A stretch of DNA of 63,914 nucleotides, counting the filler, from Octopus bimaculoides (taxonomy: Eukaryota), in NCBI RefSeq assembly GCF_001194135.2. It is 7 parts of 6 records of this genome, joined end to end, with 100 filler letters (N's around TTAATTAATTAA, not from the genome) between each part and the next. Parts side by side here need not be neighbours in the genome. Positions count along the whole stretch, not along the records: positions 1 to 16,553 come from NC_069006.1; positions 16,654 to 20,736 come from NC_068982.1; positions 20,837 to 25,107 come from NC_068990.1; 4 more parts are not named here. One strand, given 5' to 3'. Positions within the stretch are counted from its first letter, which is position 1; every line of letters begins with the position of its first letter. Of this stretch, positions 11,859 through 23,730 are shown one piece after another. Position numbers and translations under genes: made by a program. The notes under the pieces are model-generated. The model was not told where the DNA came from. It ran no database searches and saw only the letters and a program-made list of their open reading frames with translations.

Positions 11859-12924
11859 GTGGATTGTATGACTGCGTTGTACGTTCCAATTTTTGTTTAA
11901 AATTTTCATGATGTATTTAAGAGCACCACAAGGAAATGATATCGTTATATAAAAATATGTCGTTCGAAATATTTCTCTGAGAAATAAATGATATTCCGTG
12001 GAGGAAGTGATACGTGGTTAATGGAGTTATTTGACTGACGCGTGTTTCCGTTGAATTTTATCGTTGATTTTTTTATTACTTTTGGAGAATTTAGACACTT
12101 AACGTGTTTGTGAATATTGCAAGGAATTTATTGTAGAACCTAAATGTACATATAACGACTATTTATCTATAAAGACTATATAAAAAAAAAATTGTGTATA
12201 AAATTTATGCTCACACACGCACGCACATACTTTTTAGNNNNNNNNNNNNNNNNNNNNNNNNNNNNNNNNNNNNNNNNNNNNNNNNNNNNNNNNNNNNNNN
12301 NNNNNNNNNNNNNNNNNNNNNNNNNNNNNNNNNNNNNNNNNNNNNNNNNNNNNNNNNNNNNNNNNNNNNNNNNNNNNNNNNNNNNNNNNNNNNNNNNNNN
12401 NNNNNNNNNNNNNNNNNNNNNNNNNNNNNNNNNNNNNNNNNNNNNNNNNNNNNNNNNNNNNNNNNNNNNNNNNNNNNNNNNNNNNNNNNNNNNNNNNNNN
12501 NNNNNNNNNNNNNNNNNNNNNNNNNNNNNNNNNNNNNNNNNNNNNNNNNNNNNNNNNNNNNNNNNNNNNNNNNNNNNNNNNNNNNNNNNNNNNNNNNNNN
12601 NNNNNNNNNNNNNNNNNNNNNNNNNNNNNNNNNNNNNNNNNNNNNNNNNNNNNNNNNNNNNNNNNNNNNNNNNNNNNNNNNNNNNNNNNNNNNNNNNNNN
12701 NNNNNNNNNNNNNNNNNNNNNNNNNNNNNNNNNNNNNNNNNNNNNNNNNNNNNNNNNNNNNNNNNNNNNNNNNNNNNNNNNNNNNNNNNNNNNNNNNNNN
12801 NNNNNNNNNNNNNNNNNNNNNNNNNNNNNNNNNNNNNNNNNNNNNNNNNNNNNNNNNNNNNNNNNNNNNNNNNNNNNNNNNNNNNNNNNNNNNNNNNNNN
12901 NNNNNNNNNNNNNNNNNNNNNNNN

Positions 12925-13185
12925 GGACCGAAACACACCACCATCGGTTTTCAAGTGATGTTGGGGGGACAAACACAGACACACAAACATATACATATAT
13001 ATATACATATACATATATACGACAGGCTTCTTTCAGTTTCCGTCTACCAAATCCACTCACAAGGCTTTGGTTGGCCCGAGGCGATAGTAGAAGACTATTG
13101 CCCAAGGTGCCACGCAGTGGGAATGAACCCGGAACCATGTAGTTGGTAAGCAAGCTACTTACCACACAGCCACTCCTGCGCCTAT
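12925..13185 (-). mobile_element. tRNA-SINE family B
   Basis: The reverse complement begins ggcgcaggagtggctgtgtggtaagtagcttgcttaccaactacatggttccgggttc (A/B-box head). Confidence 0.85.
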
Positions 13186-13514
13186 ATATGCAAATTACTT
13201 AAACCATAAATGTGTTCACTGATATGTGCATCTGTAAGTCTGATAGCGAGAGTAACGAGTGACTGCGGCAATGATAACTCAGGTGATAAAGAAAGAGACA
13301 GAAAAAGAAAAAAACTGTATGGTTTGTCAAAGGTGACAGCACTGCAAAGGAAACATGAGATATCACAAACACAGAAGAAAAAAATAAAGATATTGAAATG
13401 TTATCTTAGAAATATTGAATTAGTTTCTGATATTTTGAGTTTTAAAAGAATGATGGTATTAACGAACAAGATAGATATAAATCACATATTCTTTTCACTG
13501 GTGTGTCTATATCA

Positions 13515-13830
13515 TCATCATTATTGTTTAACGTCTGCTTTCCATGCTGGCATGAGTGGGACAGCTTGATAAGAGCCGGCCAGGCAGAAGCTTGTGCCAG
13601 ACTCCTATAACTGTTTTGGCAGGCTTTTTACAGCTGGATGCCTTTCCTGAAACACCATCTACTCAGCAGAGTGGACTTAGTGCTTTTTACATGGCACAAG
13701 CACAGGCAAGGTCAATTTTGGCAAATTTTTTTTTATAACCAGATGCCCTTCTGAACACCAATCACTTTACAGTGTGAACTGGGTGCTTTTAAGTGGCACC
13801 TGCACTGACAGGGTTACCAAGTACTTGCAA
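13515..13830 (-). mobile_element. Family C (RTE 3' end-like) repeats
   Basis: catcatcatt..tttaacgtctgctttccatgctggcatg...cagctggatgcc. Confidence 0.7.
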
Positions 13831-13964
13831 GACAAAACAAAAATATAATAGTGATTGGGTGCAAAATGCAGTTGACCTGCTGCTCCAGGAACTGATGAAG
13901 AATTTGGCATCCATTTATGTCTGTTTCCTGTTTGTTTATGCGTTTATTATGTCTTTTAGCTCAT

Positions 13965-13997
<33 letters not shown>

Positions 13998-14310
13998 AGG
14001 AGTGGCTGTGTGGTAAGTAGCTTACTAACCCACCACATGGTTCCGGGTTCAGTTCCACTGCATGGCACCTTAGGCAAGTGTCTTCTGCTATAGCCTCGGG
14101 GCTGACCAAAGTCTTGTGAGTGGATTTGGTGGACAGAAACTGAAAGAAGCCCATCATATATGTGTGTGTTTGTGTGTCTGTGTTTGTCCCTGTAACTTAC
14201 CAGTTTGGTAAAAGAGACTTATAGAATAAGTACTAGGCTTACAAAGAATAAGTTGTGTGGTTGATTTGTTCGACTAAAGATGGTGCAAAGAATAAAAGAA
14301 AAGAATAGCA
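13998..14310 (+). mobile_element. tRNA-SINE family B
   Basis: ggagtggctgtgtggtaagtagc...ggttccgggttcagttccactg head; gtgagtggatttggt body; tagaataagtactaggcttacaaag tail. Confidence 0.85.
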
Positions 14311-14399
14311 TATATATATCTGTATGTATGTGTGTGTGTGTGTGTGTGTGTGTGAAGGTGCATATCCTAGTGATTGGTGTACTCAGGATTAAGGGAGAT

Positions 14400-14812
14400 T
14401 CAGCATGATACAGAATGTAACAAGGCTGGCCCCTTTGTATTACAGGTACAACTCATTTTTGTCATCAGAGGGAACTGGAGCAACGTGAAATAACTGGCAT
14501 TCCATTGGTTACAAGAATGAGGGTTCCACTTGATCCAATCAATGGAACAGCCTGCTTGTGTAATTAACATGAAAGAGGCTGAGCACTCCACAGACACATG
14601 TACCCTTAACGTATTTCTCATGGATATTCAGCTCGACACCAAGATGTGACAATGCTGGCCCCTTTTGAAATACAGGTACAACTCATTTTTGCCACCTGAG
14701 TGAATTTGGAGCAATGTGGAATAAAGTGTCTGGCTCAAGGACATAACATGCCGGGAATTGAACTCATGATTATGAGCTAAATACCCTAACCACTAAGCCA
14801 TGTGCCTTCACT
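14400..14812 (-). mobile_element. tRNA-SINE family D
   Basis: The reverse complement begins gtgaaggcacatggcttagtggttagggta...gagttcaattcccggc. The body is shared with 40955-41335. Confidence 0.75.
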
Positions 14813-15059
14813 ATACTCTACAGTAAGGTAAGAATTAGTAATGAATGCAGAAATAAATTCAGTATGCTGGTAGGGGTTCACTAAGGCACTTCAATTTATC
14901 GTAGTCCTCCAGACCTTAACAGAAGAATTTTAAGGCTTGTAGCCTGTGGTGATTCCTAAATGCTGAGGGTCTTGTTATAGCTGAACCAGCAGAGAAGAAT
15001 CCGAATAGAAATTTCAAGTGTGGAAGTAAAACTGGGAATCAAAGGGCCTTAAAATAGGT

Positions 15060-15325
15060 TTAGCAGACACTGACCCCCTGACTGGCTCTCGTGCCAGTGG
15101 CACGTAAAAAGCACCGTCCAAATGTAGTCGATACCAATGCCCCCCTGAATGGCTCCCGTGTTGGTGGCATGTAAAAAGCACTCACTACACTCTCGGAGTG
15201 ATTGGCGTTAGGAAGGGGATCCAGCTGTAGAAACTCTGCCAGATCAGATCGGAGCCTGGTGCAGCTGCTGGCTGTCCAGACCTCAGTCAAACCATCCAAC
15301 CCATGCCAGCATGGAAAGCGACAGG
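15060..15325 (+). mobile_element. Family C repeat
   Basis: ctcggagtgattggcgttaggaagggg atccagctgtagaaactctgcc...cccatgccagcatggaaagcg. Confidence 0.75.
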
Positions 15326-15399
15326 ACAAACAGGACGCTGCTTCCATCGTAGATATGGTCGTGCTTAAATTTTTATATCAGGTCCGGATATTTAAAAGG

Positions 15400-16330
15400 T
15401 TGAGAACCTCTGCTGTGGAGACACAAGAAACGCAGAGGTAACACAGATTAACAGAGAAGGTTGACTCTATATGTGGCAGATGTTCAGGATCAATAAGAAT
15501 TAAGAGCGCACGAGAAATAGATTTTTTTCAAATGGCCAGGAGGATCCCTAGAGGTAGGGAATAGCTTTTGTTACCTCGGTAACAGTTGAGTATTTCCTGA
15601 ATATCTAATAACCAGAATATGAACAGGCTGGAGGAAATTCAGACAGCTTTTACTTCTGTTCGGAACAAAAAGTTTCTCTATCGCAGTGGAAGGTAGATTG
15701 TAAGCGCTACGTAGAAGTAAAACGTGGGTCCCGAACGCGGAAGATATTCGAAGAGTGCAGAGGGAAGACACGAGTGAGCCCCGTTGGGGGCGCAACGTAA
15801 GTGTGCACGAACGACGAAGTAGAAATTTGGTGTGAGAAACATTTCGACTTGAGAGGAATCGAATGTAATGTGTAAGGGAGAAGACTATCGGTAGGAGCAT
15901 GCGATGGGTATGGATTAAAGACAGCTGAATTGTCGATCGCTAAATGTGGATGGAGGTTGCGGAAGAGAGAGACCCAGGAAGACGTGGGACGAAGTAGGGA
16001 AGGTTGATTAAACTTTCAGAAATTTTCAGGGTCAATAAAAATGTAAATGAGGGACCAGACGTTAACTTTGGAATAAATAAATAATTTTTGAGAATAAAAA
16101 GAAAAAAAAATATCATTAATAAGACACGATAAAATGAATGGCTGAGGATTTTGTCTCTTGGAGTGAATGTAGATGAAAAAGCACGATCGAAGATTGGAAT
16201 TTCAAGTGAAGACCTCACCAATGCAGGAGGAACGATGATAGTGGAGAAAGATTCGTTAAATGGATCCACCGTAGGCTGATGATAGGAAAATGAATGATTA
16301 TATAAACCAGATTTCATATTTAAAACCATT
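15400..16330 (-). pseudogene. Highly decayed non-LTR retrotransposon RT remnant (clade uncertain)
   Basis: The minus strand has a frameshifted PQ(R)GSLVS...LFNIF-like segment and IRFLSSR upstream, resembling RT domain 4. Many disruptions. Confidence 0.35.
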
Positions 16331-16653
16331 CACGTTCACCGACCACTGCAGACAAGGTTGCCAGAGTAGTCTCCCTTGATACTATCTGAAATGATTGATT
16401 CAAACGGAAAACTTCGTTTGAAGGCGGCGGATTGGCGGAATTGTTACTGCGACGGAAAAAAATGCATAGTGACATTCATTCCGACTTCATAATATATATA
16501 TATATAATAATTAGTAATATATATATAATATATATATATATATTAATTAGTGTNNNNNNNNNNNNNNNNNNNNNNNNNNNNNNNNNNNNNNNNNNNNTTA
16601 ATTAATTAANNNNNNNNNNNNNNNNNNNNNNNNNNNNNNNNNNNNNNNNNNNN

Positions 16654-16784
16654 CCTCACAGAGACAAAGTGGCTGAGTTCCTTTCAAGCGTTGGGCCTCA
16701 CAGAGACAAAGTGGCTGAGTTCCTTTCAAGCGTTGGGCCTCACAGAGACAAAGTGGCTGAGTTCCTTTCAAGCGTTGGGCCTCA
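16654..16784 (+). repeat. Perfect 42-bp tandem repeat (3 copies plus a partial) abutting a gap, running into a family C LINE tail (to ~17110)
   Basis: cctcacagagacaaagtggctgagttcctttcaagcgttggg x3 + cctca. Confidence 0.9.
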
Positions 16785-17419
16785 TGGAAGCAATGACTGC
16801 GACCTTTTGCATTATGTCATGCTTGAGAAGAAGACCCATCAAGCCAAGCAAAATCACAGTCGTGGTAGATACCATTGTCACACAAATTGGCACGTATATG
16901 CACCCTGGTGTCATGTAAATGGCACCCGTGCTGGTGGCATGTAAAAGCACCCAATACACTCTGAGTGGTTGGTGTTAGGAAGGGCATCCAGCTATAGAAA
17001 ACCATACCAAATCAGACTGGAGTCTAGTGTAGCCTTCCAGTGTGCCAGCCAGGTCAAACTGTCCATCCCATGCCAGTATGGATGACGGACGTTAAATGAT
17101 GACGATGATGAGGATATATAGCTTAAAGGAAATGCTGATCTTGGAAGATTAACTGTTTTATCTTTAGTTTGCCAGCATGTTTTGTTTAATTAATACTTCA
17201 TTGTCGAACTTGGAACATTGTCCATCTTGGGAGTTTTAGAATCAAAATAGTTGTGCTTACTGAAGTGGGCAAAGTTCCTCATGTAATTACATATGAAGTC
17301 ATGGTTGAATAAATTCTGCCTTTTGCCACAGAATGTGTGATGGAACAGAATCATCACATTTGGAAAATATTTCAATTGTTTCCTCTTGTAAATGAACAAA
17401 TTATTTGATCTCAATATAT

Positions 17420-18010
17420 CATTATCATCATCATCATTTAACATCCATTTTCCATGCTGGCATGGGTCGGATGGTTTAACTGGAGCTCGGTAGGCAAGAA
17501 GACTGCACCAGACTTCTGTGTCTGTTTTGGCAGGGTTTTTATAGCTGGATGCCCTTCCTAGCACCAACCATTTTACAGAATGGACTGAATGGATGTGTGT
17601 GTTTGTGTATGTGTGTGTGTGTCTTTGTGTCTGTGGTTCCCCCTCCACCCATTCACCACTTGACAGCTGGTGTTGGTGTGCTTATGTCCCCATAACTTAG
17701 CGATTTGGCAAAAGAGACTGATAGAATAAGTACAAGGTATCGTAAACAGAAAATGTCCTGATGTCGATTTGTTCAACTAAAACCCTTCAAGGCTGTGCCC
17801 CAGCATGGCCGCAGTCAAATGACTGAAACAAGTAAAAGAAGAAAAGAAAGAATGTGTCTGTCTGTGTGTCTGTGTTTGTCTTTCCTCCTCCTCCACCTCT
17901 TGACAACCAGCGTTGGTCTGCTTACATCAGGGTCGATTTGTCTGACTAAAATTCTTCAAGGTGGTGCCCCAGCATGGTCGCAGTCTAATGACTGAAACAG
18001 GTAAAAAATA
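17420..18010. mobile_element. Nested family C (-) and family B (+) fragments
   Basis: catcatcatcatttaacatccattttccatgctggcatggg; two gccccagcatgg(c/t)cgcagtc(a/t)aatgactgaaaca tails. Confidence 0.7.
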
Positions 18011-19602
18011 AAAGATAGTCCTAGGTATACAATGCCTAAAAAAATAGACAGGCGCGTTATGACTAACAAACTTTTAATTAGATGTCTACTTGATCAATGT
18101 TTATCCAAGGCTAAACAACAATATGGAATAGGGTGTAGCCCCCCCCCCGCTCCAAAGCCCAATAAAACTGTCTAGGGTCCTTTTTAACTTCAAATTCTGA
18201 CTTTAAATCCTTTGATAAGTGTAGTTTACAGACGAGTAGGTTCTACTTATTTGACTTGCCCCAAATACTCCTCCATTAATTACAAACATTTGTTTTCGGG
18301 TCAGTAAAGATAGACTGCAGCTGTCATTTCTTGACATTTGAAACCCTCTTTCATCATGTATTATTTGAAATCATTATCACCATTTTTTGACGTCTGCTTT
18401 CCATTCTTGCATGAATAGGATGGATTGTCCTGGCCCAAGTCAGTTCTTATATGGAATTACTGCCCTCCTACATGTGTTGGAGGGCCATGTTTTATTTATG
18501 CTTTATTGCCAAATTGGTAAACCTTGCCAAATTGGATTGGAATCTGATGCAGCTTCCTGGCTTCATAGTTTTCAGTCAAACTGTCCAACCAATGCCAACA
18601 TGGAAAACAGACGTTAAACAATGATGATAATGATGTGATATGGTTCCTGTGGCTCGTTATCCTTCCTAGTATCAACCCCCTTTAGCTTTTAATCTGGCTG
18701 TATCCAGCCATATTCTCCCTGTTTTGTGTTAAAACTGACCTGGTCCCACCTCTCACACCTACTCTACAATGATGTCATTCTAAAAATATACGAACACACC
18801 ATTGAAATCTTGAAGCTACAAGAATAATCCAAATGCTAAAGAGTTAGAGTCTGCTGAGTATATTTGACCATGGCACCAACACTACAGAGGTGGTCATGTT
18901 TTTAACAAGACAGGATCAATAGGTCCTCTCAAGCTCTCTGTTTGATTGCTAATCACTTTATGGCGGGAATTGAGTGTGTTTTGTCATCAGCACTACTAAA
19001 GTTACTTTGTACCCTGCAAAACAAATTGTGTCAATTTGGAGCAATATGACTAAGAAATTGAGATGGAGAGTGGGTGACTACGGAAGATGAACCAAGGTGG
19101 GGTGGGGTGTGCAGAAAGAAGACAGTATGAGGGGACAGACAGTGTTTGGAGGTGACTGTGTGGAAGGAGGGAGAAATGGGAGAGAGACTCTGTGATGGAA
19201 GCGACAAAAGGGGAACAGTGATGACAGTGTCACGAGAGAGAGAGAGTAATTACAGAGGNNNNNNNNNNGACAAAAGGGGAACAGTGATGACAGTGTCACG
19301 AGAGAGAGAGAGTAATTACAGAGGGTAGTGGGGGTGGTGAGAGGAGTGAGAGAAAGAGAGTAAGTCCTTATGTAAGTGGTAGTTATTTGTAGCCTGATTG
19401 GTGGCAAGAGACAGTGTGATGGGTGTCATGTGTTACAGGGAGAAAGTGTGTAATGGTTAACACTATAGAAGGGTTAATGTCTGCTGGTAGGTGAGGAATG
19501 GTGTGAGGAAATATCAATGGAGTTATAAATCTCAACATAGGCACAGACCTGCCTGTGTGGTAAGAAGTTTTGCTTCTCAACCACTTGGTTCCGTGTCACT
19601 TT

Positions 19603-19878
19603 GGCATATGGCGTAGTGGTTAAGAGCGCAGGCTACTAACCCCAAGATTCCGAGTTCGATTACAGGCAGTGACCTGAATAATAATAATAATAATAATAAC
19701 AATATCAAAAAAAACCTTAGGAATGAGAACCCAAGTTTAAAATTTCCCCAGGACACCTGATGAAGGCTGGAGGGTTATATCAGCCGAAACGTTGTGTTTA
19801 ACAACAAACAAGATGAGGACAAATATCCGTCAAATGTAAATAATGTACATAATTCCTCATCTCTTAAATATAGAAACT
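19603..19878 (+). mobile_element. tRNA-headed SINE carrying a hammerhead ribozyme in its tail
   Basis: A-box TGGCGTAGTGG (19609-19619), B-box GTTCGATTAC (19654-19663), (AAT)n linker, HHR at 19751-19799, 3' hairpin agatgagga/tcctcatct. Confidence 0.8.
19751..19799 (+). ncRNA. Minimal type I hammerhead ribozyme motif (Penelope-type, palindromic helix III)
   Basis: GGACAC-CTGATGA-A-GGCTG[gagggttatat]CAGCC-GAAAC-GTT|GTGTTT. Intact core, 5-bp helix II, helix I 4 WC + 2 GU, AACGTT palindrome. Predicted cleavage after 19793. Confidence 0.8.
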
Positions 19879-20968
19879 GTATTATGTAACACCTTAGATC
19901 TTAGTTGTTTACTGTCGGAGTTATTAAAGTGGAACTTGTCTTTAAACTATATTTCGTAGAGGATTTAGAATTGAAACTTGAAGCTAATGAGACACTAATT
20001 GTGCTGTCCAGGATCACCACCCTGTGTTGTGTTGTTGCTACTGTCTACCTTTGATTAGCCTTGAACAAAAAGATTTATGACCAAAAGTGGGTCAATTTCC
20101 ATTCATTTTTATGCTTTGTGTAGCTATGTTATTTAATAGGAAATTAAATTGAAGTTACGCAGAAAAGTGGAAATACATTACATAATATATTTCTTTTTAA
20201 AAGCAAATATTTTAGGGTAGGTAGTAAGTTTCTGGTTTCTAGGAAAACCTTTTATCTCTGTGTGTGTTTCCCAAAAACCAGTTTGCCATCTTGATTTCAT
20301 TCTTGGAAATAGTTATTTCTGTTTCCCCACTTCTGTGCTTTTGAATAGGAAAACTTTAATAAACCTTCTATCTTTTACTCATTTCAGTCAATAGGGGCAC
20401 TGGTTTGAAGAATTTTACATTGAATAAATCGACCCCAGTTGTTTATCTTTTTTCTTTTAAGCCTTGAACTTTTTCTGTTGGTTTCATTTCTCTGAATCGC
20501 TAAGTTACAGGGATGTAAACACACCAGCACCAGTCATTGAGCAGTGGTGGGGGGGGGGGACAGACACAAACATGCATGCATACACGCACACATACATGAA
20601 AATATATATATATATATATATATGAGTCATACCCAATGACTGGTGTAGCAGCACCATAGTAAAGTGCTACAAAGGTAAAGGTGACGCTTTAGACACTAAT
20701 AATTACAGAGGCATCAAGCTGTTAGATCAAGTTATGNNNNNNNNNNNNNNNNNNNNNNNNNNNNNNNNNNNNNNNNNNNNTTAATTAATTAANNNNNNNN
20801 NNNNNNNNNNNNNNNNNNNNNNNNNNNNNNNNNNNNCAGAGTCGAAACGCTGTTTGATTTTTTTTCACCCCTTCCTTCCTTATTCATCTTTCACCCTTCC
20901 TTTCTCATTCATATGTTGTGACGGAGAAAAACACAAGAGTATTATTATAGTAGATTATTGCTAAGAAA

Positions 20969-21530
20969 GCGGCGAGCAAGCAGAATCGTTAGCACGCTGG
21001 ATGAAATGCTTAGCGGTATTTCGCCCGTCGCTACGTTCTGAGTTCAAATTTCGCCAAGTTCGATGTTGCCTTTCATCCTTTCGGGGTTGATAAATTAAGT
21101 ACCAGTGAAACACTGGGGTCAATTTCAGGCCTTGTGCCTATAGCAGAAAAGAATCGTTAGCACGCCGGGCGAAATGCTTAGCGGTATTTCACCCATTGCT
21201 ACATTCCGAGTTCAAATTCTGCCGAGGTCGAATTTGTCTTTCATCCTTTCGGAGTCGATAATTTAAGTACCAGTTGAACGCTGGGGGTCGATGTTATCGA
21301 CTTGTCCCCTCACCCCAAATTTCAAGCCTTGTGCCTTGAGTAGAAAGGATTTGTTACCGCGCCGGACAATATGCTTAGTGGCGTTTCGTCTGGTTCTACA
21401 TTCTGAGTTCAAATTTCGCCGAGGTCGACTTTGCCTTTCATCCTTTTGAAGTCGACAAAGTAAGAACCAGTTGAGCACTGGAATCAATGCAATCGACTTC
21501 GTCCACCCTCAAAAAATGCTGGCCTGGTGC
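20969..21530 (+). mobile_element. Head-to-tail trimer of SINE family A
   Basis: Three consecutive gaatcgttagcacg...ttctgagttcaaatt...ggccttgtgcc units. Confidence 0.9.
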
Positions 21531-21926
21531 TAAATTACGATGACGAATATAATGATCACGATAGAAGGGAGAGACCGGAGAGAAAGCTGAAAGATGAAAA
21601 CGGGATAGATAAAATATTGCGATATGATAGCAAGGATACAAGCGACTGTGTTCCGAATCCAAGCTTGAATCGTTTTACTTGATTCACCTGTAAATGAGGT
21701 ACTGTAACACCATCTCATCATTTCCTCTTAAAATTCTTAAAACAGTTTGCACTTCTCTTGTATATTTATAAGAAAAGGGATGCTTTTTTTTATGAGGAGT
21801 TAATTCTTTACCAAAAACTGTGCGACCTTCGAACTTCTAATTCAGCTTCTAATGGATCAACGTTTTCGGAGGTGAAATGGAAATTGTTCGATCGCACTTA
21901 CTCAGCCACAGTTCTAGCGCACTTAC

Positions 21927-21973
21927 TCGAGTCACACTTCTATATGCACAAATTCTTCCTAAAAATTCCAAAT
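21927..21973 (-). CDS. Putative 47-nt exon ((D)LEFLGRICAYRSVTR), phase-compatible with 29765-29918
   Basis: aattaatttcag|AT TTG...CGA|gtaagt. Its phase-1 start matches the preceding candidate exon ending AGA G|. Confidence 0.3.
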
Positions 21974-22231
21974 CTGAAATTAATTGATTTTGAAGATTCT
22001 GTCAATTCGAATTGTAACACTGAAATTCTATTGGGACAACAGCATCTTTCGAATGCAACGTTATTTCATCAGTATTAGAGGTGCTGAACTTATTTCTGCA
22101 CCACTGACCGGTTTCATCCAAGATGATTTTTCCACGAAGCGTAGTATTAAGCGCGTGACAATAAAAACACAACAATAAAGTACATAATATATAATTTAAT
22201 TATATATGTATGTGAATGTGTGTGTGTATGC

Positions 22232-22270
<39 letters not shown>

Positions 22271-22756
22271 CGTGCGCGTGTATGTATGTATTGATCAATA
22301 TGTCTATATGCATATAAGGTAAAAAAAAANNNNNNNNNNNNNNNNNNNNNNNNNNNNNNNNNNNNNNNNNNNNNNNNNNNNNNNNNNNNNNNNNNNNNNN
22401 NNNNNNNNNNNNNNNNNNNNNNNNNNNNNNNNNNNNNNNNNNNNNNNNNNNNNNNNNNNNNNNNNNNNNNNNNNNNNNNNNNNNNNNNNNNNNNNNNNNN
22501 NNNNNNNNNNNNNNNNNNNNNNNNNNNNNNNNNNNNNNNNNNNNNNNNNNNNNNNNNNNNNNNNNNNNNNNNNNNNNNNNNNNNNNNNNNNNNNNNNNNN
22601 NNNNNNNNNNNNNNNNNNNNNNNNNNNNNNNNNNNNNNNNNNNNNNNNNNNNNNNNNNNNNNNNNNNNNNNNNNNNNNNNNNNNNNNNNNNNNNNNNNNN
22701 NNNNNNNNNNNNNNNNNNNNNNNNNNNNNNNNNNNNNNNNNNNNNNNNNNNNNNNN

Positions 22757-22789
<33 letters not shown>

Positions 22790-23730
22790 CTCTCTCTCTC
22801 TCGCACACACTTCTTTAGTTCTTTTTATCAAGAATTGGATTAAGGAGGTGTATGAGGGGTTAACAGTAGAATTTTTGAAACCACTGTGAAATAAAAACAC
22901 GTTCGTACTTGTTCGTACGTCTCCACCTTCTCATAACATGTCGCTGTCACTTTTCTCTACCGTTTCTCTCCCAAGTTCTCTCACCCTCTTGTCATTTAAC
23001 TCTTCTCTATATTATGCGTTAAGATATTCTCTGATGGACAAAAAGACAGACACTCAGATTACTTTGTAAGAGTTGGTGTCATAAAACTAAATTGTTCAAA
23101 TATTTTGCAAATGAAGCAATTGACATCATGAACTAATGATCAAACCATTGCACTAATGTCTCCTTACCGCATAAGTATTATTAATTACCGTATGTCCCGA
23201 CCTTGACGACGCTGTTTGTTTTTTCTTCTGTCCCCAAAATAAATCGTGCTTCCTAAAGGACGAAACTGACAATTTTTATAAACCAATTTGAAACGCTGAT
23301 GAAGATTAGCAAGGCCAAACTTACAAGGCTTCCGTTCTGAATAAAACTAAAAGAGAAATATCTTTTTTTGATTGTCTCAGTCATTGGACAACGACCATAC
23401 TGGGGCACCGCCTTAAGAGGTTTTATTTGAATAAATCGACCCCAGTACTTCTTCTTATTTTAAAGTCTGGTACTTATTTTACCGGTCTCTTTTGTTGAAC
23501 TGCAATGAACAGGATCTATACATCGTTAATCTACTAGAAAAACATCATGGTAAATAATATAAAAATGCACAAGCCTTGTTTTTATGTTTAACATTTTTTC
23601 TCGAGATTTTCTGGTCAAAATTAAGATACATTTTCGCGGCCTCTTCATTATATATAGTATGTTGTTTTCGTGCGGTATGGTTTTATTAGTTAATTTTCTT
23701 TTCTTATAATAATTTTTGGTGCCTACGAGT

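Noticed and set aside
16554-16653. TTAATTAATTAA flanked by 44 N on each side, recurring at about 20737, 25108, 30994, 55317 and 61884
   Set aside because: Identical 100-nt spacer with stops in all frames; an assembly linker, not biology.
16654-16784. 42-bp repeats as a CRISPR array
   Set aside because: Contiguous identical units with no spacers, in a eukaryotic context.
19203-19322. ~55-bp direct repeat either side of a 10-N gap
   Set aside because: Typical unmerged contig-end overlap.
19603-19675. tRNA-like heads at 19603, 23731, 40955 and 13998 as additional tRNA genes
   Set aside because: A and B boxes are present but the acceptor and anticodon stems do not pair; these are SINE heads.
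22101-22135. GAAACCGGTC on the minus strand; similar partial motifs at 20824, 30645, 57228, 60376 and 63775
   Set aside because: Each has only half of the hammerhead core and lacks supporting helices; the one at 20824 is cut by a gap.
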